Assembly: GCA_964019335.1 (NCBI GenBank)
Contig: OZ025730.1
Span: forward strand, 248,001 to 312,000
DNA length: 64,000 bases
Origin: Diplonema japonicum
Lineage: Eukaryota > Protista > Euglenozoa: Diplonemea
Reading direction: 5' to 3'
Below are positions 35,297-47,249 of this stretch, one piece after another. A program made the translations under genes and the position numbers. The notes beneath the pieces are model-generated. The model saw nothing but the letters and a program-made list of their open reading frames with translations, had not been told where the DNA came from and ran no database searches. Each line of letters starts with the position of its first letter. The first letter of the stretch is position 1.

Positions 35297-35594
35297 GGGG
35301 GGGGAGCCTGCGTTTCTTTTTTTTTTTTTTTGTTGTTGTTGTTGCAGAAGTGAAGAAAAAAAAAAAAAAAGAAGAAGGAAATAAGCCGACAAAGGAGGTG
35401 GGGTGGCGGTGAATGGTGGTTTTACTCTTTAAAAAAAAGTTGGTTTACAACATCAAACGCAGGAACAATTAGAACAAAGCAAAAGGGCCCCTTATCTGCG
35501 GGTGCATTATTTTTTTTTGCGCACCCAGACAGCGGCCGACGATTAAAACAAGACGAGAGGGAAACACCAAGGGAGGGGAGCATTTCGAAAGGAA

Positions 35595-35636
<42 letters not shown>

Positions 35637-36298
35637 CCAAGTATAAGAAAACGCGCAAAATCGACAGTTCTCAAAAAAAAAGAGATAAAAAAGTGTGGAG
35701 GAAAAAAAAAAGGGGGGAGGGGAGCGACCAACTGATTGTTCTTTTTTTTTTCCCCCAGACAGTTTGTTCTTTGTCATTGTTGTTGAAATTTTTTTCTTTT
35801 ATATCTGGAGGAAAAGGAAGAAAAAATTGTTGGCGACGTGGGGGGATTAGAAAAAAAGAAAGAGGGGAGGGAACACAATAAATTGTGCTGTATCATCCTA
35901 CCCCCCTCTATTCCCTTTTCTTCTTTCTTCCATAGGGCTTACTATTCAGCACACAGATCTACCCGCACTTCACCACTTTTCAAAGTGGAAATAGTTATAA
36001 GTACCCGGCTAGATCACTGCGCTAGCAACAGCACTGCGAAATAGTACTAAGTACTGACAGATCAAATATGCGAAGCCACTTCAAAATTTATTTCGGTTTT
36101 TTTTTTCTTTTTTTTTTTTTTTTTCTTTCTCTTTTTCTTCTTCTTTTTTTTTTTTTTCTCTCCTCATTAATTTTGATCAATTTCGTATTGTATAAGATAT
36201 TCGTTCTGGAATTACGCACTAAAAAAAGAAAAAAAAAGTGGGGGAGGGGAAACGAAAAAGTGTCGGCTGGGGAAACGATTGGAAAGGGTGATCTTTCC

Positions 36299-36359
<61 letters not shown>

Positions 36360-36489
36360 AGCTGTTTGTTAAAGTACCAAGCACTCACAGCTGAATAGAA
36401 CAAAGGAAGTAACACGTCAAAATCTGACTGCACGCTGAGAAAATAAACACGTCCTTTTACACACCTGTTGCCTTTGAAGCCAATAGGTT

Positions 36490-38991
36490 TCAGTTCTGCG
36501 CACAGTCAGTGGTGGCCTTGATGATGTCGTTGGTGGCCTTCGCAATGTCATCGCTCACATCAAGAAGGTCAAGGACACACTTCGCCTGGTTCCCACTGCC
36601 TGAGCAGTCGTTCACAGCAGAGGCAACCTTCTGCGAGGTCTTGGCCAGTGCAGTGGCCGCTGAGGTGATGTCCTGGGCACAGGCGGTGTTGCCACCACCA
36701 CAGGCGGTCACAGCCTTCGTGATGGTGTTCGAGGCGGCGGCCACAGAAGCAACCACACCAGAGATGTCAGCAGCACAGGCGGCGCTCGAGTCGTTCTTGC
36801 AAGCGGTGATCGATTTCGCGACATCGTCACCAGCGGTGCCAAGCTCCGTCAGGGCCAAGGCGATGAGCTCCTCGCACTGAGCACCCCCAACCTTCGTGGC
36901 GTTCTTGCAGGACTTTGCTGCCTCAGTGTTGTCAAGAGCAGCACGAGCAAGCGAGGGGCTCACCTCAACAAGGATGACACGGCACTCAAGACGGTTCACA
37001 CCACCCTTGCCGCAGATGTCAGCAGCCTTTGCCAACGTGGTGCTGGCCTTTCCAAGCTCGGATTCACACCCAGCAACATCAGTGCCACACTTCGCAGCAG
37101 CGGGGCCACACATGCTCACAGAGCGCTTGGAGTCAGCATGGGCGGTCACCACAGTGCTGTTCGCGGCCACAGCTGCTGCTTTGCAGTCGGTCTTCGTCCC
37201 GTTGGCGCAGACCTTGCTGGCGTCAAGAACCTTTTCAGCAAGAAGGCCGATGGTGACAGTGGTGATGCCAACCTGGGCCTCGCACAGAGCACCCTTCACA
37301 GCCACCTTCACAGTGCTGTTGCTGGCACAGTCAGTGGTGGCCTTGATGATGTCGTTGGTGGCCTTCGCAATGTCATCGCTCACATCAAGAAGGTCAAGGA
37401 CACACTCCGCCTGGTTCCCACTGCCTGAGCAGTCGTTCACGGCCTGAGAGATCTTCTGCGAGGTCTTGGCCAGGGCAGTGGCCGCTGAGGTGATGTCCTG
37501 GGCACAGGCAGTGTTGCCACCACCACAGGCGGTCACAGCCTTCGTGATGGTGTTCGAGGCGGCGGCCACAGAAGCAACCACACCAGAGATGTCAGCAGCA
37601 CAGGCGGCGCTCGAGTCGTTCTTGCAAGCGGTGATCGACTTAGCAACATCGTCACCAGCGGTGCCAAGCTCCGTCAGGGCCAAGGCGATGAGCTCTTCGC
37701 ATTGAGCACCCTTCACAGCCACCTTCACAGTGCTGTTGCTGGCACAGTCAGTGGTGGCCATGATGATGTCGTTGATGGCGTTAGCAATGTCATCGCTCAC
37801 ATCAAGAAGGTCGACGATGCACTGTGCCTGGTTCCCACTGCCTGAGCAGTCGTTCACGGCCTGAGAGATCTTCTGCGAAGTCTCAGCAAGGGCAGTGGCC
37901 GCTGAGGTGATGTCCTGGGCACAGGCGGTGTTGCCACCACCACAGGCGGTCACAGCCTTGGAAATAGTGTTCGAGGCGGCGGCCACAGAGGCAACAATAG
38001 CAGAGATGTCAGCAGCACAGGCGGCGCTCGAGTCGTTCTTGCAAGCGGTGATCGACTTAGCAACATCGTCGGCAGCAGTACCAAGCTGGACAAGAGCATG
38101 GGCGATGAGCTCCTCGCACTGAGCACCCCCAACCTTCGTGGCGTTCTTGCAGGACTTTGCTGCCTCAGTGTTGTCAAGAGCAGCACGAGCAAGCGAGGGG
38201 CTCACCTCAACAAGGATGACACGGCACTCAAGACGGTTCACACCACCCTTGCCGCAGATGTCAGCAGCCTTTGCCAACGTGGTGCTGGCCTTTCCAAGCT
38301 CGGATTCACACCCAGCAACATCAGTGCCACACTTCGCAGCAGCGGGGCCACACATGCTCACAGAGCGCTTGGAGTCAGCATGGGCGGTCACCACAGTGCT
38401 GTTCGCGGCCACAGCTGCTGCTTTGCAGTCGGTCTTCGTCCCGTTGGCGCAGACCTTGCTGGCGTCAAGAACCTTTTCAGCAAGAAGGCCGATGGTGACA
38501 GTGGTGACGCCAACCTGGGCCTCGCACAGAGCACCCTTCACAGCCACCTTGTTGCTGGCACAGTCAGTGGTGGCCTTGATGATGTCGTGTGTTGCCTGCG
38601 CAATGTCATCGCTCACATCAAGAAGGTCCATGATACACCTCGCCTCGCTCCCGCTGCTTGAGCAGTCGTTCACGGCCTGAGAGATCTTCTGCGAGGTCAA
38701 GGCCAGTGCAGTGGCCGCTGAGGTGATGTCCTGGGCACAGGCGGTGCTGCCACCACCACAGGCGGTCACAGCCTTGGAGATGGTGTTCGAGGCGGCGCCC
38801 ACGGAGGCAACCACACCAGAGATGTCAGCAGCACAGGCAGCGCCTTTGTTGGGGGTGTTGCAGTCAACAACGGCCTTGGCGACGTCGTCACCGGCAACAC
38901 CGAGTTCGGCAAGTGCCTCACTGATAAGGAGTTCGCAGTTGCTCTGCGCAGATGCAGCCAGCGCAAGAGTGACGAGAATGAAGGTACGCAT
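36490..38991 (-). CDS. Secreted Cys/Ala-rich repeat protein, modules A-B-A-A-B-A
   Basis: Signal peptide followed by 24 C-x24-C units; internal DNA repeats. Confidence 0.9.
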   Translation of the reverse strand: MRTFILVTLALAASAQSNCELLISEALAELGVAGDDVAKAVVDCNTPNKGAACAADISGVVASVGAASNTISKAVTACGGGSTACAQDITSAATALALTSQKISQAVNDCSSSGSEARCIMDLLDVSDDIAQATHDIIKATTDCASNKVAVKGALCEAQVGVTTVTIGLLAEKVLDASKVCANGTKTDCKAAAVAANSTVVTAHADSKRSVSMCGPAAAKCGTDVAGCESELGKASTTLAKAADICGKGGVNRLECRVILVEVSPSLARAALDNTEAAKSCKNATKVGGAQCEELIAHALVQLGTAADDVAKSITACKNDSSAACAADISAIVASVAAASNTISKAVTACGGGNTACAQDITSAATALAETSQKISQAVNDCSGSGNQAQCIVDLLDVSDDIANAINDIIMATTDCASNSTVKVAVKGAQCEELIALALTELGTAGDDVAKSITACKNDSSAACAADISGVVASVAAASNTITKAVTACGGGNTACAQDITSAATALAKTSQKISQAVNDCSGSGNQAECVLDLLDVSDDIAKATNDIIKATTDCASNSTVKVAVKGALCEAQVGITTVTIGLLAEKVLDASKVCANGTKTDCKAAAVAANSTVVTAHADSKRSVSMCGPAAAKCGTDVAGCESELGKASTTLAKAADICGKGGVNRLECRVILVEVSPSLARAALDNTEAAKSCKNATKVGGAQCEELIALALTELGTAGDDVAKSITACKNDSSAACAADISGVVASVAAASNTITKAVTACGGGNTACAQDITSAATALAKTSQKVASAVNDCSGSGNQAKCVLDLLDVSDDIAKATNDIIKATTDCAQN

Positions 38992-39567
38992 GTTGATGTT
39001 CTCAAAAAGGTCTACAGTGAGTTAATAAAGAAAACTAGCAGCAACAATAATTGAAAAAAAATAAACAGAGGCAAAGGGAAGAGACTCCTACACGCTCTTA
39101 TCAGTGAAGTACACACAAAAAAGATGTCTTTGAAGGGAACCTGCAGTATGTGACAGGATCGCCTAAAAAAGAAATGGAAATAAGTATAACTTGGGCTGGG
39201 GAGAAGTTTGAACGCGCAACGCACCCTCTGGTAGGTTGGAAATACAACGGCCGAAGAGGGAATAGTCTTCCCAACTACAGTCGGCATCCTTCCAATGAGA
39301 TGCTGTTAGACTAATAAGGTTTTATCAGGTAAAATAAAAAAAAAGAAAAATAACCCTTGAACACGCACCGGGTGGGAAAAAGAAATGGAACAGGTAGGAA
39401 ATAGAAGAAAAAGAAGCCAAAGTAAAACGTGCAGTTGTATCCAAAAGAGAGCTACAATTGAAGCTGTAAGGGTGTTAACAAGACACAGTGCACTCGCCTC
39501 CAACAAGTTAAAGACGCATGCATCACGCGAAGTAAATTACAACTCACCCCTATATCAGCATTAACAT

Positions 39568-40824
39568 TTAGTTCTGCGCACAGTCAGTGGTGGCCTTGAT
39601 GATGTCGTTGGTGGCCTTCGCAATGTCATCGCTCACATCAAGAAGGTCAAGGACACACTTCGCCTGGTTCCCACTGCCTGAGCAGTCGTTCACAGCAGAG
39701 GCAACCTTCTGAGAGGTCTTGGCCAGTGCAGTGGCCGCTGAGGTGATGTCCTGGGCACAGGCGGTGTTGCCACCACCACAGGCGGTCACAGCCTTCGTGA
39801 TGGTGTTCGAGGCGGCGGCCACAGAAGCAACCACACCAGAGATGTCAGCAGCACAGGCGGCGCTCGAGTCGTTCTTGCAAGCGGTGATCGATTTCGCGAC
39901 ATCGTCACCAGCGGTGCCAAGCTCCGTCAGGGCCAAGGCGATGAGCTCCTCGCACTGAGCACCCCCAACCTTCGTGGCGTTCTTGCAGGACTTTGCTGCC
40001 TCAGTGTTGTCAAGAGCAGCACGAGCAAGCGAGGGGCTCACCTCAACAAGGATGACACGGCACTCAAGACGGTTCACACCACCCTTGCCGCAGATGTCAG
40101 CAGCCTTTGCCAACGTGGTGCTGGCCTTTCCAAGCTCGGATTCACACCCAGCAACATCAGTGCCACACTTCGCAGCAGCGGGGCCACACATGCTCACAGA
40201 GCGCTTGGAGTCAGCATGGGCGGTCACCACAGTGCTGTTCGCGGCCACAGCTGCTGCTTTGCAGTCGGTCTTCGTCCCGTTGGCGCAGACCTTGCTGGCG
40301 TCAAGAACCTTTTCAGCAAGAAGGCCGATGGTGACAGTGGTGACGCCAACCTGGGCCTCGCACAGAGCACCCTTCACAGCCACCTTGTTGCTGGCACAGT
40401 CAGTGGTGGCCTTGATGATGTCGTTGGTGGCCTTCGTAATGTCATCGCTCACATCAAGAAGGTCAAGGACACACTTCGCCTGGTTCCCACTGCCTGAGCA
40501 GTCGTTCACAGCAGAGGCAACCTTCTGAGAGGTCTTGGCCAGGGCAGTGGCCGCTGAGGTGATGTCCTGGGCACAGGCGGTGCTGCCACCACCACAGGCG
40601 GTCACAGCTTTCGTGATGGTGTTCGAGGCGGCGGCCACAGAAGCAACCACACCAGAGATGTCAGCAGCACAGGCGGCGCTCGAGTCGTTCTTGCAAGCGG
40701 TGATCGACTTAGCAACATCGTCACCAGCAACACCAAGCTCCGTCAGGGCCTCACTGATGAGCAGTTCACAGTTGGGGTTGGCAGCCACAGCCAACACAAT
40801 GGTGAAAAGGACGAAAGTGCGCAT
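39568..40824 (-). CDS. Secreted Cys/Ala-rich repeat protein paralog, modules A-B-A
   Basis: Signal peptide MRTFVLFTIVLAVAA followed by 12 C-x24-C units; 3' portion near-identical to the 36490-38991 gene. Confidence 0.9.
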   Translation of the reverse strand: MRTFVLFTIVLAVAANPNCELLISEALTELGVAGDDVAKSITACKNDSSAACAADISGVVASVAAASNTITKAVTACGGGSTACAQDITSAATALAKTSQKVASAVNDCSGSGNQAKCVLDLLDVSDDITKATNDIIKATTDCASNKVAVKGALCEAQVGVTTVTIGLLAEKVLDASKVCANGTKTDCKAAAVAANSTVVTAHADSKRSVSMCGPAAAKCGTDVAGCESELGKASTTLAKAADICGKGGVNRLECRVILVEVSPSLARAALDNTEAAKSCKNATKVGGAQCEELIALALTELGTAGDDVAKSITACKNDSSAACAADISGVVASVAAASNTITKAVTACGGGNTACAQDITSAATALAKTSQKVASAVNDCSGSGNQAKCVLDLLDVSDDIAKATNDIIKATTDCAQN

Positions 40825-40898
40825 GTTTTTTTTTGATAATAGTAAAGAATCACTAAAATGACGATAATAGCAATGGGAACGACTAAAAGATAGAGAAG

Positions 40899-40960
<62 letters not shown>

Positions 40961-41021
40961 AGCGACACTAAAAAAAAAAAAAAAAAAAAAAAAAGGCAAA
41001 GAAAAAAGGAAAAAAGGAAAC

Positions 41022-41849
41022 TCAAGACGGCTGGACGACGTTTTCGGAAGCAGCGACAGAAGAAGTTGAGTTGTGTATAGAGAAGTGAGAAGTGGAGGGG
41101 GTCTTGTGGAGGTTGGAGCAGACGGTGATATCATTGGAAGAGTAGGCAGCAACGAGGGGAACAGGGCTGTTGACAAAGGTGTTATTGGTGATTGAAACAC
41201 CTGAAGATGAGTCGGTGATGCAGATACAGGACTGCGTGGCCTCGCTGAGAGTACAATTTGCCACTTCTACGTTGGCAACCTGCAAGAGGTGGACGCAGTG
41301 GTTGTACGCACCTACGAACCTCACACCAGTGATTTTCACGTTAGCCAGCTTGTCGACATAAACATGTGACCTCCCTCTGCTGACTCCTTTCAGTGTGACA
41401 TTGGATATTTTGATGCCAGATACTCTGACGTAAAAGAAGTATCCGCAGCCAGCGTTGCCTTCGATAACAGATTTCCCGTCGCCTTGGATGCTGTGTCTTA
41501 AGTCCCCGCCGGGCCAGTTGTGCACACCGTCAGGAAGATGTATGATGCTGCCTGCTGGCACTGCTGTGCTCATCGCTGCTTGCTCGAAAGTTTTGAATTG
41601 CATGAAGGGTTTGACATCCCCTTGCCGGGTGACTTTAATCGTTCCTTCCTCGCACCCCTCGTCACCGCTGTCTGAATCCCAGCCTGAACACAGACCGCCC
41701 TTTTTCGTTTCCGACTTGGTATGCTTCTCCAAAGGTTTCTCTTCCTCACTATCCCAGCTGTTCCCTCTCTTCGTGTAGTCACCGCTACCTTCTATGCCCT
41801 GCGATTTCAGGATTGCATCCATCGCTGCTTCGTCATCGAAGTCTGTCAT
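41022..41849 (-). CDS. Right-handed beta-helix (pectin-lyase-like fold) protein
   Basis: AVPAGSIIHLPDGVH, IKISNVTL, VEVANCTL, VSITNNTF; acidic N-terminus, no signal peptide. Confidence 0.7.
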   Translation of the reverse strand: MTDFDDEAAMDAILKSQGIEGSGDYTKRGNSWDSEEEKPLEKHTKSETKKGGLCSGWDSDSGDEGCEEGTIKVTRQGDVKPFMQFKTFEQAAMSTAVPAGSIIHLPDGVHNWPGGDLRHSIQGDGKSVIEGNAGCGYFFYVRVSGIKISNVTLKGVSRGRSHVYVDKLANVKITGVRFVGAYNHCVHLLQVANVEVANCTLSEATQSCICITDSSSGVSITNNTFVNSPVPLVAAYSSNDITVCSNLHKTPSTSHFSIHNSTSSVAASENVVQPS

Positions 41850-42023
41850 CGCTGAAGGAAGTACTAAAGGGGGGAACGTGTAAAAACAAATAAAGACTAA
41901 TCTATACTCTCTAATTTTTTTTTTTGTGCTTCACCCCCTAATTGCATCTAAAGATACACAATGTATTTCTAATGAGTGGTGTGACACAAAAAGCTGAGAG
42001 ACTTTTTTTTTTTTTTTTAAACT

Positions 42024-44621
42024 TCACGCGGTTGTCCCGCCTCTGGACACCTTTAGCATGCTGAGCTCCTCCAGCAGCGCATCCAGGTTGATCCTGAACC
42101 TTTCGATCTCATTGTTCTTCATTTGAATAACGAGGTTCATCTTCTGCTTCTGAACGCTGACCTCGTACACTGCCAGCCGTTTGGCTTCTTGCAGCTCCCG
42201 TTCGTGCTCCGTGCGTCGCAGCGAGTACTCTCGCTCCATGTGGGTGAGCTTTCTTTTGATCCCTTCGATGTAGGCAAGTCTGGACGAAGGTGTGTCCTCT
42301 ACTGACTGAACAGGCGACATGCTTCTTGCAGTCCTTTGAAACACTTCAAGCTGCTCTTCATACGAAACTTTAAGCAAGCTCAACTCCTTGCTGTGTGTAT
42401 TCTGGAGGTTCTCCTTCTCAACCTCCGCGTCGCGGTGCGCACGCCTCACTCGCTCATCTGCAGTACGGGCCTCCTTCTCCCACGCAGATTTTTCCTTGGA
42501 AAGACTGGCGATCTCGTCTTTGACCTCCTTCACTTTTGTTTTGTATTTTTCAGCTTCCTTTTCCTTGTGTCCAAGCTCGGATTGAAGCCGTGCGACTTCA
42601 CCGTTGAGCTTACCGACCTCTGTTGTGATAAAGAAAATATCTTGCATAGAATGCCCTGCCGGCCCGCTGGCTACGGGTAAGTACTGCATTGGCATGGGGG
42701 CAGGTGTGTTCGCCACGCTAGCATGGGTGTGCATCATCATTCCGTCGGTTTGTGTGTGGGACGAGGTGTGGGGATGCTTCCGCGTGTTTTGAGTTAGCGG
42801 TGTTGTTGTTGTTGCCGACCCTGTTTTCTTCTTCCCGGCTTTTCTGTAGTCGAGGACCGTTGCTTCTAGTTCTTTGACCTTTTTGGTGTAGTAGCTTCGG
42901 GTGTCCTCAACTTTGCGTTCGAGCTCCTTGACTTTTGCTGAGGTAGCGCTTCGGATCTTCACCTTCATCTCATCTTGAAGTTGGTCATGCCTGTGCTTGT
43001 ACTCAAGAAGCGCCTTGTCGGCTTCTTGACGCAGCTGTCGGATGCCCTTTTCGTATTCTTCTTCACGAGATGTGAGTTCATCGCTTAAGCTGTTAATACG
43101 CTGTTGCATCGTTTGGTACACAGCCACTTCTGTCTCTGTGGGCTTGCAAGCACGGATGAGTTCCGGTATTGAGTTTGGATATTTGTTCTTTATAATCTCT
43201 TCGAGGTTTTTAACCTTCTTCTGGAGCTCGCCTACGTATTTTGATTGATCTGTTTTTTTCTGTGTTCTCGGGCTGCGTTGGGTTAAAGGACCGTCTGCCT
43301 CGGCAAGACGGGATTTTAAGGAGGCGATTTCGACTGTTTGCCGCTCTACGACGTCGTCTTGCTTTGACAGGATGTCCTGGTTTTTGATGTACCAGTTGAG
43401 CTTCTCGGTGAGCTGGGTGATTGTCTCGGAGTGTACGGTGTCTTGTTTTTCGATTTTCAGCATTAGCTCTCTGATCTTCAGGGTGTCGAACTCGCTCTGT
43501 TCATTGTTGACCAACCCAAGACGGGTCTCGAGGGTTTTAATTTTCTTGTTGAGCTTTCCAACCCTTACCTCTTCCTCCTCCTTCATCAACCGCATTTCCT
43601 CCCTCAATTTTCTGTTTTGAACCGGGTCCACAACAGGGGGTGTTTCCTCCACCACCGTTATTTTTTGATGTTTCAAAAGCTCGCCCTGCAGTTCTGTTAT
43701 CTGCTGCCTTAACAGTTTGATCTCGTTCATTTTTTTAAGATCTTCCGCCTGGCTGCCCTGTATCAACGCCTCCTGCTGCACGATTTCCCGTTTGATACTT
43801 TCCATCTCGTCCTTCGACACCATCTCTAAAATCCCTTTTTGTATATCCTGTCTGACATCCCTGCCGGTGGCCTTCGCAGAGAGGAGCGAGTTTTCCATAC
43901 GCATTTGTTCCATCTGGTTTTGCAAATCTTCGATTTCACGGGTTTTCGCAATGAGAGCCGCGTCGTGTTCGGTTGTCAGCGCAGTGATCTTGTTTTGAAG
44001 AAGTTCTTCGTGGATTTGGTTTTGAGACGCGAGTTGTGCGGTTAAAGTGGAACATTTCCCGCATGGTTTAAGAGGAAGCGGTTCTTGAGTAATTATTCGT
44101 TGTGCTGGGGCTTGCACGGGTGTTGTGTACATTGCAGCTTCGGTGCTGCTTGCTGATACCGATATTGTTGTGTCCCCGCCTCCTTCCTCGTATCTGAAAT
44201 TCTCTTCTCGTTGCTGCCGTTCTTGAGCTTGCCTTTCGCGAAGTTCTTTTCTCTTTTGTTCTCGTTCTCTTGCCTCGCGTTCCCGCCGTTCCTCCCTCTC
44301 GCGGGCACGTGTTTCGGCGGCTTCGTCTTCTTTTCGTATCGATGCCAGGACGCTCTGCGTGCCTCCTATGCTATTGTTGTTACTCCCAGCTGCTCTGTCA
44401 GCGTCGCCCCACCCACCTGACGCGCTGACTTGTGGTATCGGGGATATCGTGTTCGAAGCCAGGGACGTGGTGGTGTCCATCCCAGACCGGGACAGGTTCG
44501 TCAGGGCTAGTGACAGAGAGCTGTTCTGCGCGAAGAACGCTTTCTTGTCTTCTTCTTCGTCACCGAGCATCTTTGCCGTCTCGGGGTCTAGGCCCAGCTC
44601 GAAGTTGCTGGCGTTTGGCAT
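42024..44621 (-). CDS. CEP162: CEP162-like centrosomal/basal-body coiled-coil protein
   Basis: LEEIIKNKYPNSIPELI and C-terminal KNNEIERFRINLDALLEEL motifs within a long coiled coil. Confidence 0.7.
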   Translation of the reverse strand: MPNASNFELGLDPETAKMLGDEEEDKKAFFAQNSSLSLALTNLSRSGMDTTTSLASNTISPIPQVSASGGWGDADRAAGSNNNSIGGTQSVLASIRKEDEAAETRAREREERREREAREREQKRKELRERQAQERQQREENFRYEEGGGDTTISVSASSTEAAMYTTPVQAPAQRIITQEPLPLKPCGKCSTLTAQLASQNQIHEELLQNKITALTTEHDAALIAKTREIEDLQNQMEQMRMENSLLSAKATGRDVRQDIQKGILEMVSKDEMESIKREIVQQEALIQGSQAEDLKKMNEIKLLRQQITELQGELLKHQKITVVEETPPVVDPVQNRKLREEMRLMKEEEEVRVGKLNKKIKTLETRLGLVNNEQSEFDTLKIRELMLKIEKQDTVHSETITQLTEKLNWYIKNQDILSKQDDVVERQTVEIASLKSRLAEADGPLTQRSPRTQKKTDQSKYVGELQKKVKNLEEIIKNKYPNSIPELIRACKPTETEVAVYQTMQQRINSLSDELTSREEEYEKGIRQLRQEADKALLEYKHRHDQLQDEMKVKIRSATSAKVKELERKVEDTRSYYTKKVKELEATVLDYRKAGKKKTGSATTTTPLTQNTRKHPHTSSHTQTDGMMMHTHASVANTPAPMPMQYLPVASGPAGHSMQDIFFITTEVGKLNGEVARLQSELGHKEKEAEKYKTKVKEVKDEIASLSKEKSAWEKEARTADERVRRAHRDAEVEKENLQNTHSKELSLLKVSYEEQLEVFQRTARSMSPVQSVEDTPSSRLAYIEGIKRKLTHMEREYSLRRTEHERELQEAKRLAVYEVSVQKQKMNLVIQMKNNEIERFRINLDALLEELSMLKVSRGGTTA

Positions 44622-44658
44622 TATTTTTTATTTTTTATTTTTTTTTTTTTTCCCTTCC

Positions 44659-44689
<31 letters not shown>

Positions 44690-45620
44690 GTCGTAAGAAA
44701 CAGAAGCCAAAGTCTTGGCATCACGGAAGCAAAAAAGCACGGGATTGCGATTTCGCTGGGGAAGAACGGCTAGCAACACAAGCCCAGAGACAGTGGATCT
44801 GTACAGCGAAATGAAAGAGACGGATAGGTAGGAGGAGAGAAGAAAACATTTATAAAAAAATATTCACACAGAGCGGGTAATATGAAGAAAAAGGTACTGA
44901 GACAGACTGAAAAAAAAAAGGGAAAAAAGAAAAAAAAAAAAAAAGAAGAAACGTAAAATAAAGGACATCACACAGAAACGATAACAGTAAAAGATGGAGG
45001 AAGGGAGGGGGGGGGGGGAGAAAAACGAAGAAAGAAAAGAATACTAGGTTCGATCGAGAGAAAGATTTTTTTTGTGTGGGGGGGTTTTTTTTTTTTATTG
45101 TTTTGCAAGAATTTTTTTTCTCGAGAAAAACTACAAGCACGGTTATGCGAATTTGAACTTTCCATCAAAGTCAGTATAGTGGTAACTTCGAAAATTAATT
45201 CGTCATTAGTCCTTTAACTGGCCCCACTACTTACCACATTTTGGGTCCAGCGGATGGTGGGAAATGAAATTTCAGGTTAACCCCAACGACGGAAAGATAT
45301 AATTTGCTTACTGTGTTTATAGTTTTTCTCTTCTTCTTCTTTTTTTTTTTTTTTTTTTGCTGCTGCTATGCAAACGACAGGATTAACTTTGATTGCGTCT
45401 TTCTTCTTCGTGTGAAAAGAAAAAGATGGGAGGGGAAGAGGGGGAAAAAAAAAAAAAAAGTGCGAGAGCTCCCGACACCTTTGCCACCGAAGCCACGCAG
45501 GTTCTAGGTTTCTAAGAGAAGCACAGGTAGGCAGCTTCACGGTCTGATTCCGCCAAACATCTGATAAAGGATCAGAGAACAGCAAATATAAATTCTACCC
45601 CACACCCCTCCCTCACTCCC

Positions 45621-45960
45621 TCACCTGCACTTCGGCATTGGTTGAAACACGGCTGCCAAGATGCAAAGAATCGACGTAACAGACACAACAGCAGCACCTT
45701 CACCACAGGTATTGCACCCGAACTTAACCCCACCTTCCGGCCGCATGCGAGGGCTGCTTCCTGACGAGTCTTCCTTGAGATATCGGGGACGAAAGCTTCC
45801 TGCTGGGGTGGTCTTCCGTTGTGTTGCAGGGGCCTGCGGTGTCAATGGGGCCTCTGGTACTTCAATTGATGCAGACTTTTTAATAGACTTGAAAATCGAC
45901 GAAGCGTGTCGGAGGCAGGATTTCTGCGGAGCAGCAGGGGTGATCGGAGAGGAGGGGTTG

Positions 45961-45996
<36 letters not shown>

Positions 45997-46976
45997 GACA
46001 CCTCGTGCTGCGAGACACCAAAGACAAAACCCTCAAACTGCCCATCTTGTTTCGGTTTTTCATCTGTGACAAGGTTAACGGCAGTGCTGACGCAGGCTTT
46101 GCGAAGAACTTGGGGGATCAACGTGGCAGCGATACTCTTCTGCGCCTCGAACATTGTTTTGAAGCTGACGTGGAGGTCCTGCACGGTTGGGAACAGTTTC
46201 CTCACAGGCACATCTTCTTCTTCTTCTTCTTCTTCTTCTTCTTCCCCTTGCAAGGACTCGCACTGTGATGTACCAAACACAAAATTTTCGAACTGTGTCG
46301 TCTCGTCTTTTGGATTCTCAGAGGTGACTAGTTTTGTGGCGCACTCGGCCGATGCTCCAAGGAGGATCTGCGGGATTAGGTTTGCGGCGATTTGTTTTTG
46401 CGTATCGAACATCGTTCTGAAGCTTTCGTGCAGATGTTGGATAGTTTTCCTGGTCGGCTCTGTCGGGCTTTCATGAGATTTTTGGAGAGGAGACATGGCC
46501 GTACTTGTTTCTGACCCTACCGAACTTACCTTTTCGATGGATATGGCTGTAGAGTTTTCGTTGTTTTCTAAGGAGAGGGTTGTTCTTGCTTCTTCTTCAG
46601 AGGTTTCAATGAAAAACCGTCCCCCGGCATGGTGGTAGAGCAGCTTGGCGGAGAGAAATTTTCTCGAAAAGTTGTCTCTGTGCCGTGATTCGTCATGGTG
46701 GAGCTGTGTTCTGTCTTCTGTTTCTTTGTTGTGTAGTGCTGTCGTGGTGTTGACCTCCTCATCCTCTTCGCCCGCCCCTTTTTCGAGTTTCATTTCGTGT
46801 TCTATGAACACAATGGACTTCTTCAACATCCCGACCTCTTCTCGTATTTCCATTTTTTTCTTCACACTTCGCTCCTTGGCTATCCGAGTATGCCGCTTCT
46901 CTATCATTTTCAACAACACCGACCGTCTCGTGGCAAAGCCATCCGCCCCACGGGGTGGGCTGTGCAGCATGTTCAT
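45621..46976 (-). CDS. Hypothetical protein with a duplicated ~60-aa module, each copy followed by a poly-acidic tract
   Basis: TIQHLHESFRTMFDTQKQIAANLIPQ / TVQDLHVSFKTMFEAQKSIAATLIPQ, then poly-E and poly-D. Confidence 0.65.
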
Positions 46977-47118
46977 AAATTATAATTTTAATTTTTTTTT
47001 CGTACTGAGGAATGGTTTTGCGGGGAGGGGGAACAGTTTTTTTTTTCTTCCAGATAAAAGAAAGCCAATGGTCCGCTCATTTCATGTATTTTTTTTTTCT
47101 CGTTTTTTTATTTTGTAT

Positions 47119-47214
47119 CTACGAACGGGGCTTCTCCTTCTTCTCACGGTACAGGGCGAAGAGACCAACACCAGAAACCTTGCTGATCTGTGATTGGAAA
47201 AATGTTTGTTTTAT

Positions 47215-47249
<35 letters not shown>

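Noticed and set aside
45170-45260. TACTTACC (U1-like) and a tRNA A-box-like AGTATAGTGGT
   Set aside because: No U1 stem-loops or Sm site in register, and no cloverleaf or B box.
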